This document shows positions 44,847 to 53,197 of a DNA stretch of 61,125 nt, one piece after another. Under the pieces are notes generated by a model, which saw only the letters and a program-made list of their open reading frames with translations, searched no databases and was not told the DNA's origin. Source of the stretch: Planctomycetota bacterium. Its GTDB lineage: Bacteria > Planctomycetota > B15-G4. Within the stretch, counting starts at the first letter, position 1. Each line of letters starts with the position of its first letter. The stretch covers positions 1 to 61,125 of the forward strand of contig JBBQUR010000026.1 of the NCBI GenBank assembly GCA_038212275.1, in the 5' to 3' direction. Both the position numbers and the translations under genes were made by a program.

Positions 44847-44924
44847 GGTGGGTGTAGCTCAGTTGGTTAGAGCGCCAGTCTGTGGCACTGGAGGCCGCGG
44901 GTTCGATCCCCGTCACTCACCCCA
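44847..44924 (+). tRNA. tRNA-His (GTG) with G-1 and encoded CCA
   Basis: Acceptor GTGGGTG/CACTCAC, anticodon arm CCAGT-CTGTGGC-ACTGG, T-loop GGTTCGATCC, C discriminator opposite G-1. Confidence 0.97.
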
Positions 44925-45175
44925 TCGCTTCGCGCGGCGGGCAGTCGCAATACGTCGCACTGAGGCGTAGCGGGCAAGGGGCCAAAAGCGCCAGGCTCCG
45001 GGCTCCGCGCTTCTTGCGACTCATGGGCACATCCCTCTCTGCATGCTCCTGCCAAAGGGTGGTCCACGGAAATCGGGGGCAGGGGACAGGGAAACTGCCC
45101 CGGAATCGCTTTCGCAGGCCGAAACAGCCGGACGACGAGGTGCACCGATCGCCCGGCCGCCGACTCTGCAGTTCC

Positions 45176-46594
45176 CTACCGCGCCACGACCCTCAGATGC
45201 GACATGAGTTGCAGCATGCTCCGACCTCGTGGGTCGATCTGCCGGAACAACACATCGTGAGCATTTGAAGGAACACGCCATGCTTCGTGGTGAACGTAGT
45301 TCCGCGTCCTACCTGCCTCGAGCAACCACCTTCGAAGCAGGTCTCCGTCCGGTCCGGCGGCACGGCAAGTCACGCGGTACCACGTCAGTTCCTGCCTGTC
45401 AGCGTTTCTCCTGCCGTCATCGCGGATCCAGTCTGCCAGCGCTTTCAGACCCAAGGATTCGATAGCCGGGTGTATTTCCTTGGGTGCCCACCGGCACAAC
45501 ACCTCACGCAACTGAGCTTCGATCGCGGCGCACAGCAGCCCTGCAAGGAGATGGCCGTCCTCGGCACCGGATCTCTTCTGTCGCTCGTAGACGCAGAACC
45601 ACTCAAGCGCAACCGAGCCAACGGTTCCATGTGGCAACGACTCACACCAACGTGGGCGCAGCCCGTTTCGAGAATCGTCGACTAGCTGCCGAAGATCCAC
45701 AGCGGCAACACTCACCGTTCCTTTTCTCTGGTCGAGCGCGGCGATCATCGAATCGAGCGCCAACACGCTCTCATCCACCTTTCCTGTGTACCGCAGGACC
45801 GCAAGGTCAACGTCCTCGGTACGAGCGATGCTGCCCGCGGAATCGACCCAACGACCAGCCTGGCTGGCAAGTGCCTCCGCCCCGGCCACGTCGAAGTCAT
45901 CGGGCGATAGCTCCCCGAGAGTTGCCTGGTGCGCTTCGCGGTAGTACTTGCGCAGTTCCTTCTCGCGGTCGATGCAGCGATTGAATGCATCGAGCAGCAC
46001 GGGCATGGAACCAGGCTCGATGGATCTGGCAGCACGCAATCCCTTCTCCGCCCACTGAACAACCTCCTCGAATAGCAGGTTGTCGCCCTTGTCACCAAGG
46101 AGCTTGGCGATGCGAATGGTCTCGGCATCCGTGGCAATCGTCAGCACCTGGGCGGAATAGGAATTGATCCCCGCCACATCGCCTTGCTCGAGGTAATCGA
46201 TGTACAGATCCACGAGGCCCGCTCGAGGAAGCCGGAGCGGGCGGCCCTCCAAGGCCGACTCACGCACCAGGTTGCTCAGCGTCGCGACGGGGCGAGAGCG
46301 AGCTGCACCAAGTTCGCGGAGGCGATCCAGAAGTTGTTGAGCCAGATCAAGCTCCATATCCCGGATAAGTTCATCACCCTTGAGGTGACCGGCTGCGCGA
46401 TCGCGCATGAGAGGCTCGTGGCTGCTGGTGTCGGCCGCCTCGGGCCAGAGAGCATCGAACCAACGATGGCACTCATCGACGCCAAGATCTGCCACCCGAG
46501 ACGAAGCTTCATCGAATGCGTCAAGCACCTCGAGAATGTCTTCCTGGCGAAGGCTCACCAGGAGCACGCCAGGCCAATCATCGCTGTTGATCAT
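45176..46594 (-). CDS. Hypothetical 472-aa protein with putative C-terminal HEPN RNase domain
   Basis: Open ORF with atypical codon usage; C-terminus LLCAAIEAQLRE..SLGLKALADWI..RTRNYVHH (ExxL helix plus Rx4H); N-terminal region unrecognised. Confidence 0.7.
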   Translation of the reverse strand: MINSDDWPGVLLVSLRQEDILEVLDAFDEASSRVADLGVDECHRWFDALWPEAADTSSHEPLMRDRAAGHLKGDELIRDMELDLAQQLLDRLRELGAARSRPVATLSNLVRESALEGRPLRLPRAGLVDLYIDYLEQGDVAGINSYSAQVLTIATDAETIRIAKLLGDKGDNLLFEEVVQWAEKGLRAARSIEPGSMPVLLDAFNRCIDREKELRKYYREAHQATLGELSPDDFDVAGAEALASQAGRWVDSAGSIARTEDVDLAVLRYTGKVDESVLALDSMIAALDQRKGTVSVAAVDLRQLVDDSRNGLRPRWCESLPHGTVGSVALEWFCVYERQKRSGAEDGHLLAGLLCAAIEAQLREVLCRWAPKEIHPAIESLGLKALADWIRDDGRRNADRQELTWYRVTCRAAGPDGDLLRRWLLEAGRTRNYVHHEAWRVPSNAHDVLFRQIDPRGRSMLQLMSHLRVVAR

Positions 46595-46847
46595 GGGAGC
46601 CAGCCTTCAGCCTGAGCGAAAGAAATACAAGTGTCCCACCCATTCATTCGCGATCGCAGCGTGCCTGCCCGAGCACAGTGCCCGGACACGGCCGTCACTC
46701 ATGTGCCCGGACGGACAATGCCGCGAACTCGACAACCGACCTGGCGGAGTCCGCCACAAAGGTCGCGGAATCTGGGCACTCTGCAACGCGATCGGGATCA
46801 CGGCAGCCATGGCCGGTGTCTCCTCCGGCACGGCGCGTGACCGGCGC

Positions 46848-47375
46848 TCAGATGACCGTGGCAGGCTCGAAGCTGCCTCGACCACCGGTTGGGTGACGAG
46901 AAATCCTGGAACTGAACACCGCCCGAATACCTATCCCAACTCGTTCCGCTGGTCGCATCACTTCGAGTTCGCATCGGAGTAACGAGCGCACCACATCTCG
47001 AGCGAGCGGCACACCCCAAAGGCCCCAGCGCAACCGGCCCTTTTTCCAACCGCCCACGCAGCCGGCCGTGAGGACCCGCCTGCCGATCGGAGCCACAGGC
47101 ATTGATGCCAAGCCACGAATCGCAAGCCAGTCCGCTCCAGGCACTCCGAGTTTCTTCTCATCGGACGGGTTCGACGCTCGCAGGGCATAGTCCCGCGCTG
47201 TCGTGGCATCCCACCCCATGACCGGAAGCGGACTCTGGTAGAGCCATGGCCCCATCACTGCCTCGCTCAAGTGCTCCGATGTCACCATGCTGACGAGTTC
47301 ACGGGCCATCCTGAGAAACTGCTGCTGGCCCGCCGTGAAATGAAGTGCTGTGGGCTTCGTGTTGCCGTTTGCCTT
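46848..47375 (-). pseudogene. 3' fragment of a type I-G CRISPR-associated Cas8g-like (Cas3-extension family) gene
   Basis: NGNTKPTALHFTAGQQQFL, WDATTARDYALRASNPS, VPGADWLAIRGL, WGLW resemble this family from memory; no native 5' end; lies next to other I-G remnants. Confidence 0.7.
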
Positions 47376-47381
47376 GTGCTT

Positions 47382-47618
47382 GCGGCGCGCGCTGCTGCTG
47401 CCAATCCGCATCCGCCACCGCCCCTCGTGGACAGCCCCAAGTGTGCGGGTTGCTCGCTGGTGGGCATATGCCTGCCGGACGAGGTCAACGCGCTGACCTC
47501 GCCCGCAGGTGAGCAGCCGGTGCGGAGACTGTACGCGTCCCGTGATGACGCCCAGCCGCTCTACGTCCAGAGTCACGGGTCACGCGTCGGGAAGTCCGGT
47601 GAGCGCCTCGAGGTCACC
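47382..47618 (+). pseudogene. cas4/cas1: Internal fragment of a type I-G cas4-cas1 fusion gene
   Basis: PPPLVDSPKCAGCSLVGICLPDE (Cas4 C-terminal Cx2Cx5C) followed in frame by PLYVQSHGSRVGKSGERLEV (Cas1 N-terminus); truncated at both ends. Confidence 0.88.
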
Positions 47619-47635
47619 TACCCGGTGCCGGCCAG

Positions 47636-47741
47636 CTCTCCGCGGTCGAACGACCGCGGCCCCGTTGAAGCGACCAGGACCTTGAGACCCTGCGCAAGCA
47701 CAACGCTCACGCGGGCTCTCCAAGACCCGCCAGGTTGAAGG
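47636..47741 (+). CRISPR. CRISPR mini-array/remnant: 36-bp type I-G-like repeat, 34-bp spacer, degenerate 36-bp repeat
   Basis: R1 47636-47671 CTCTCCGCGGTCGAACGACCGCGGCCCCGTTGAAGC (8-bp stem CCGCGGTC/GACCGCGG); spacer 47672-47705; R2 47706-47741 CTCACGCGGGCTCTCCAAGACCCGCCAGGTTGAAGG (19/36 identical ungapped). Confidence 0.75.
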
Positions 47742-47774
47742 AGCGCGCGCGGCGCACGCGCCAAGGCCTCGCTC

Positions 47775-48977
47775 TCAGCGCTCTCGCAGCACCGGAACAA
47801 GCGCCGCCTCGAGGCAGATGGCAAGGGCTTCCGCCCCGCGCGAGGTGAGGTGGCAGGCGTCGCGGAAACCTGCGCCCCCCAGGGCTGAGACGCTGTCGGT
47901 CTCGACCAGCGTCACGTTGTCGTCGGCGGCGGCGCGTGCGCGGACGAGCTGCTCGTGCGCCGCGATTCCGGCGAGCACGTTGTCCGCGCGTCCCCAGAGT
48001 TCGAGGGGCTGACCGCCGCGACCGTACGAGAGCGTGCCGGCCTCGAAGGCCTCGCGGCTGTAGTCCGGCGGCACGCAGGTGGCGAAAATCGGCAGCACGA
48101 GACGCGCACCGCTCGCGCGCGCGAGCTCCGCCATGCCGGCGAGATTCGCGGCGAAGGTCTCGCGTGTCTTCAGCGTCGCGCCGAAGTCGAGCCAGTCCTC
48201 CGGCGGCTCCCCCAGCGGCACGCAGTGGATCAACCCGAGCCAGTTCGCCGCGGCGAGCGACACGCCGACCACTCCCAGCGGCAGCAGGAAAGGCTGGTTC
48301 GCTGCGCGGGCAAAAGTCTCATCGGGCGGAGGCTCGATCGAGGCCAGCGCGCGATACCACAGATACTGGTCGTAGTCGCGCGAGAAGACATCCGGCGGGC
48401 AGTTGTTGGCGCGCACGTCATTGATGCCGTGGTAGACGACGATCGCGTCGAAGTGGCGATCCTGAAGGTGGCGCAGCTTGTAGAAGCTGTCGAGCGTGGT
48501 GTGGCCGGCGCAGGCCAGGTCGTGCACGATCACCTCGCGCGGAGCGAGCGCCGCGGTCAGACGCTCCTGGAGACGCCGTGCGGTGTCGCTCCACATCGGG
48601 TCCAGCACCGAGCCGCCGAGCAGCAGCACTTCGAGGACCGCACTCTCGCCGGCGATTGGCGGCGATTCGGCCTCGTGCAGCTCCGGGAAGAAGACATGAC
48701 GCGGCGCGCTGAGCAAGGGCCGGTGATAGATCGGGAGCACCACGCGCACGGCCGCCTCGATCAGCAGCGCGACGACGAGCAGGCCCAGCAGCCGCGAGAA
48801 GCAGCCGCGGCGGCGCCGGCGCGGCGCGGGCGCGGGTGCGGCAGCGGACGCTTCCGCGACGGCATGACCCTCGTGGTCTGCGTGAGCCACGTCCGCGCGG
48901 GGACCGGACGTGGCGCGCGAACCGCCGGTCGACCCGATGCCGCCCTTCGCCGCGGAGTCGTCGTGCGTCGAGCTCAT
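47775..48977 (-). CDS. SGNH/GDSL hydrolase family protein, membrane anchored
   Basis: TM helix after RRRRRG; LLGGSVL, LACAGHT, YHGIND, DACHLT. Confidence 0.82.
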   Translation of the reverse strand: MSSTHDDSAAKGGIGSTGGSRATSGPRADVAHADHEGHAVAEASAAAPAPAPRRRRRGCFSRLLGLLVVALLIEAAVRVVLPIYHRPLLSAPRHVFFPELHEAESPPIAGESAVLEVLLLGGSVLDPMWSDTARRLQERLTAALAPREVIVHDLACAGHTTLDSFYKLRHLQDRHFDAIVVYHGINDVRANNCPPDVFSRDYDQYLWYRALASIEPPPDETFARAANQPFLLPLGVVGVSLAAANWLGLIHCVPLGEPPEDWLDFGATLKTRETFAANLAGMAELARASGARLVLPIFATCVPPDYSREAFEAGTLSYGRGGQPLELWGRADNVLAGIAAHEQLVRARAAADDNVTLVETDSVSALGGAGFRDACHLTSRGAEALAICLEAALVPVLRER

Positions 48978-49013
48978 CGCGGCGCAGTCTAGCAGTCGGA
49001 GATTTCCTTTCGT

Positions 49014-49047
49014 GCGCTCGTCGCGCTCGTCGCGCTCGTCGCGCTCG
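49014..49047. repeat. Intergenic 9-bp tandem repeat GCGCTCGTC (3 units plus partial)
   Basis: Read directly; lies between divergent genes starting at 48977 and 49185. Confidence 0.8.
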
Positions 49048-49184
49048 CGCGCTCGTGCGCTCTTCGGTCGCCACTCGCCGCAGGCCGGTCGCTGAACGCC
49101 GCATGCCGCAAGCCGCCCGCCGCGCGCCGCGGCGCCTGCGGGCCGTTCGCTGCTTCCGGGATCCGTGACTATGATCCGCTTCCG

Positions 49185-52100
49185 ATGCCCGCCACTCCCC
49201 GAAAGCTGCGCCCCGCTTCGCGGGAGCAGGAATCCGCGGCCCCGTCGCTTCCCGCGTGGGCGCCGATCTGCTTCCTGATGTCCGGCGCGGCCGGGCTGCT
49301 CTACGAAGTGGCCTGGTCCAAGCAGTTCTCGTACCTGCTCGGGAACTCGCTGCACGCGGTGTCGACCGTGGTCGCGGGCTTCCTGTGCGGCCTCGCGCTC
49401 GGTGCGCGCTTCGTGGGCGTGCCGCTGTCGCGTCGCGGCGACGGCGCACGCCAGTATGCGCGGCTCGAGCTGGGCGTTGCGCTGCTGGGCGTGCTGTCGC
49501 TGCCGCTGCTGCGCGGCCTCGACCCGCTGGTCGGCACGCTCTATCGCTCACTGGGCGGCGAGACGACGGCCTTCGGCGCGGCGCGCGTGCTGCTGCTCTT
49601 CGTGCTGCTCATTCCGCCCGCCGCGCTCATGGGCGCGACGCTGCCGGTGCTCGTCGGGCACGTGGAGTCCCGGCGCGTGGGCGCGGGGCTTGCTCGGCTC
49701 TATGCGATCAACACCATCGGCGCCGTGCTCGGCTCCGCAGCAGCCGGCTTCCTCCTGCTGCCTGCGATCGGATTGCTCGCGACGACCTGGGTGGCGGCCG
49801 CGCTCAACCTGCTCGCGGGCATCCTGGCATGGCGCGCCGGCGGCGCCGGGACGCAGGCAGCGGTCGACCGCGCAGCGGATGCGGCCATGGCGCCGGGCGG
49901 ATCGCGCACGGCAAGGCTCGCCGGAGCCGCGCGGTCGGCGCATCCGCCCGACACTCAGCAGGACGCCTCGGGCCCGCTGCAGGGCAGGCGCTGGCAGGCC
50001 TTCTGCATTCTCTTTGCGGCCTCGGGCTTTGCCGCGCTCGTGTTTCAGATCGCGTGGGTGCGCCTGTTCAGTCTCGTGTTCGGTTCGTCGGTGTATTCCT
50101 TCTCCGCCGTGCTCGGGGTCTACCTGCTTGGACTCGCGCTGGGCAGCGCGCTCATCGCACGCTTCATGCGCCGGGGCGTGTCGCTCACCGGCTTCGGCTG
50201 GCTGCAGCTTGCGCTCGCCGCGGTCACCGCGCTTGAACTGCACGCCTTCCGCCGCCTGCCCGAGTGGATGTTCGAGATCACGCAGTGGACCGGCGCGAGC
50301 TGGTCGGCGCGTCTCGCGTGCGAGTCCGGACTCGCCGCGCTGCTGCTGCTGCCACCCTGCGCGCTGCTCGGGGCGACCTTTCCGATCGCCACGCGACTGC
50401 TCCAGCGCGAAGGCAGCGGACAAGCTGCCGGCCACGCGTATGCGGTGAACACGGTCGGCACCATCGCCGGCTCGTTGCTCGCGGGCTTCTGGGCCGTGCC
50501 GACGCTCGGGGTCCAGGGCACGCACCTGGCCGCCGTGCTCTGCTGCACGGTCATCGGCATCGCGGCCATCGCGCTGGGCGGCGCGGCAAGGCTGGCGTCG
50601 CGCGAGGGACTGCTCGCCGGAGCGGGTGTCGCGGTCGTGGCGCTGCTGGCCTTCAGCGCCCCGAGCTGGGATCCGGCGCTCATGTCGATGGGATCTTTCC
50701 GCCCCCGGCAGGCAAGCCAGATCGCGAGCAGCACCGCGGAAGACTCCGGCGACGGGCGGGCGGTGTGGCACGCGTCGCGCGCCGAGAAGGTGCTCTACTA
50801 CCACGAGGGCGTGAACGGCACCGTCTACGTGGCGAGTGATGCGGACGGGCGCGAACGCTGGATGCGCATCGGCGGAAAGACCGACGCCAGCACGGGCGAC
50901 ATGGACACGCAGGTCCTGCTCGGACTCATCCCCGGAGCGCTCGCGGAGCCCGGCGCACGCGCGCTGGTCATCGGCCAGGGCTCCGGCGTGACGCTGGCCT
51001 CGGTGCTGGCCGCAGGCGCAGGACCGACGGAGCTGCTCGAACTCGAACCCGGCGTGCTCGAGGCCTCGCGCTTCTTCCACGCGCCGGGCGAGGATCCGCT
51101 CGATGATCCGCGCGTCACCGTCATTGTCGGCGATGCGCGCACGCGCCTGGCCCACGGCGACGCGCACTACGACCTGATCGTGTCCCAGCCCTCAAACCCC
51201 TGGCTCGCCGGGATCAACAACCTCTTCACCGTGGACTTCTACCGCCTGGTGCGCGAGCGCCTGCAGTCCGACGGCGTCTTCTGCCAGTGGATGCAGCTCT
51301 ACGAACTCTCGGCCGGGACCTTCCATTCGATGGTCGCGTCCTTCCTCGAGGTCTTCCCCGAGGCACAGGTGTTCATGGTGCTGAAGTCCGGCGATGTGCT
51401 GCTCGTCGCAGCGCCGCCCGGGCGCCACCTCGCGCTCGAGCGCCTCGCCAGCCCCGCCGCGTCCCGCCTGCTCGCGCAGGCCAGGCTTGGCTCGGCCGAA
51501 TCGATCGCCTCCCGCTACGCCGGGCCGCTCGCCGCGCTGCGCGAGGTCGTGCGCGATGCGCCGCTCAACCTCGACGACCGCCCGATCGTCGAGTACCGCG
51601 CGCCGAAGGACCTGATCGCCGTGGGAGCCGGTGCGACCGGCTTCGAGCAGAGTCTGGTCGCCAGCATTCCCTTCGCCGCGACGCCCCCCGCGGGCCGCTG
51701 GTTTCAGGACTGGACCGACGAGGGCTGGCACGAGGCGCGCGTGCAGGGCCTGCTGGATCAGGGCGAACTGGAGCGGGCTTCGCTCGCGATCCGCCATGCG
51801 CGCGCCGCGGGATTCGCCGCCCTCGCCGACCGCCTGGCGCAGCAGCTGGATGCCGGCGCGCGACGCTCGCAGGCCGCGCAGCTCATCGCGCAATCTCAGG
51901 CACAGCTCGGCGCGGGACAGACCGCCGAGGGCCTCGCAACGCTGACCCGCGCCACAGAGGTCGATCCATCGAACTGCCAGGCGTGGCTCATGCTGGCCGA
52001 CCTGCGACGGCTGGCCGGAGACTTCGACGGCGCCGACGCGGCCATCATCCGCGGCAGCGGCAGCGAGGACGTGGCGGTCCGCGCCGACGCCGCGAACCTG

Positions 52101-52331
52101 CGCGGCATCGTCGAGATGGCGCGGGGACGGAATGCGCGCGCCGTGGAAAGCTTTCACGAAGCGCAGGGACTGTCCCCCGCCCTGCCGCAGAGCTACCTGC
52201 TCGAAGCCCAGGCATGCCTGGCCGACGCCGACCGGCCTGGCGCCCGGGCCGCGCTGCAACGCGGTCTGGAGCACGCTCCGGGCGACGCCCCGCTTCTCGC
52301 AGCGCTCCGCGAACTCGACTCGGCGCGCTGA
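49185..52331 (+). CDS. Fused MFS-like membrane domain/spermidine synthase-like methyltransferase with C-terminal TPRs
   Basis: SGAAGLLYEVAW, LMGATLP, LYAINTIGA motifs repeated in two membrane halves; LVIGQGSGVT, GDAR, DLIVSQPSNPW, FCQW; TPR tail. Confidence 0.9.
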   Translation: MPATPRKLRPASREQESAAPSLPAWAPICFLMSGAAGLLYEVAWSKQFSYLLGNSLHAVSTVVAGFLCGLALGARFVGVPLSRRGDGARQYARLELGVALLGVLSLPLLRGLDPLVGTLYRSLGGETTAFGAARVLLLFVLLIPPAALMGATLPVLVGHVESRRVGAGLARLYAINTIGAVLGSAAAGFLLLPAIGLLATTWVAAALNLLAGILAWRAGGAGTQAAVDRAADAAMAPGGSRTARLAGAARSAHPPDTQQDASGPLQGRRWQAFCILFAASGFAALVFQIAWVRLFSLVFGSSVYSFSAVLGVYLLGLALGSALIARFMRRGVSLTGFGWLQLALAAVTALELHAFRRLPEWMFEITQWTGASWSARLACESGLAALLLLPPCALLGATFPIATRLLQREGSGQAAGHAYAVNTVGTIAGSLLAGFWAVPTLGVQGTHLAAVLCCTVIGIAAIALGGAARLASREGLLAGAGVAVVALLAFSAPSWDPALMSMGSFRPRQASQIASSTAEDSGDGRAVWHASRAEKVLYYHEGVNGTVYVASDADGRERWMRIGGKTDASTGDMDTQVLLGLIPGALAEPGARALVIGQGSGVTLASVLAAGAGPTELLELEPGVLEASRFFHAPGEDPLDDPRVTVIVGDARTRLAHGDAHYDLIVSQPSNPWLAGINNLFTVDFYRLVRERLQSDGVFCQWMQLYELSAGTFHSMVASFLEVFPEAQVFMVLKSGDVLLVAAPPGRHLALERLASPAASRLLAQARLGSAESIASRYAGPLAALREVVRDAPLNLDDRPIVEYRAPKDLIAVGAGATGFEQSLVASIPFAATPPAGRWFQDWTDEGWHEARVQGLLDQGELERASLAIRHARAAGFAALADRLAQQLDAGARRSQAAQLIAQSQAQLGAGQTAEGLATLTRATEVDPSNCQAWLMLADLRRLAGDFDGADAAIIRGSGSEDVAVRADAANLRGIVEMARGRNARAVESFHEAQGLSPALPQSYLLEAQACLADADRPGARAALQRGLEHAPGDAPLLAALRELDSAR

Positions 52332-52416
52332 CCGCACGCCTCGACCCCGCGGCGAACTCAAGTCCACGGCGCCTCCCGGACGAAACGGCGAATGACCCCG
52401 CCCCCCGGATGCCGTC

Positions 52417-52698
52417 ATGCCGACGCTCGACAACAGCCAGTCCGCGGCCGAGGCCGTGCACCCGGGCGATCACCGCCCGGTCGGGGCCGAGCTGCAGTTC
52501 CTGCTCATCGCGATCGTGTTCGTCGTGATGATGCTGCTCGCTGGCGTTCCGGGGCGCGAGAAGAAGGCCGGCGACGGGTCGGCAGCGCTCCAGCTCGGCT
52601 GGGCCGAGCGCCACGCGGCCGCCGTCGCCGCGCAGCAGGCCGCCGACGCGGAGGCGACGCCGACGCAGGCGCTGACCGAGCCCGAGGGCTCTCGCTGA
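52417..52698 (+). CDS. Small hypothetical membrane protein
   Basis: 93 aa, one clear TM segment (FLLIAIVFVVMMLLAGV), host-like codon usage. Confidence 0.55.
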   Translation: MPTLDNSQSAAEAVHPGDHRPVGAELQFLLIAIVFVVMMLLAGVPGREKKAGDGSAALQLGWAERHAAAVAAQQAADAEATPTQALTEPEGSR

Positions 52699-52753
52699 TT
52701 CGCGGGGCTTGATCGCCGCGCACCGCAGCGGGCACAATCCGCCGCTCGCGCGT

Positions 52754-52829
<76 letters not shown>

Positions 52830-53197
52830 TTGTTGCGCGACCGGGGCACTCGCCCCGCGGTGGCCGCAGGTGTCCAAGCGCGGCCAAGCGCGGCCGGGCG
52901 CGGCAGATCGCGGCCGGATGCGGTCCAGCGCGGCCGGGCGCGGTTGAGACCGGACTCGCCTGTCGGGCCTCGCTCAGACTCCGCCAGCATCAGCCCGCCT
53001 CGGTGCGGCGGCGGATGCTTCAGGTGTTGCCGCGCCCCTGTCGCCACGGACTTGTCGCCGGACGCCGGCGCGTACCGGACACTACGATCTGCGCGATCGG
53101 CCGCAGTTGCCCGTGCCCGTGGCCTGACCGACCTCGGCACACGTCCATCGGCCGAGGTCTCCCCCGCCGCCCATCCTGCCTCATCAGAGATATCGCC

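Larger units (their letters stand above)
44925..47745. other. Lower-GC defence islet downstream of tRNA-His
   Basis: Sampled line 45661-45720 is 35/60 GC versus 49/60 for 44461-44520; contains cas fragments, a CRISPR repeat and a HEPN-like gene; no integrase or att duplication seen. Confidence 0.75.

Noticed and set aside
44867..45281. Short ORFs overlapping or following tRNA-His
   Set aside because: They overlap the tRNA or the HEPN-like gene and show no recognisable motifs.
47672..47705. Self-targeting spacer
   Set aside because: The only match seen by eye is 11 bp at the PAM-distal end; no seed match was found in the islet. A genome-wide search is still needed.
46848..47738. ORF-track calls 46848-47576(-) and 47271-47738(+) as complete genes
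   Set aside because: Each is a chimera: the recognisable cas segment is joined to antisense or CRISPR-derived sequence.
44925..47775. Active integrative element or prophage at tRNA-His
   Set aside because: No integrase, transposase or phage gene, and no duplicated tRNA 3' end (attR) was found.
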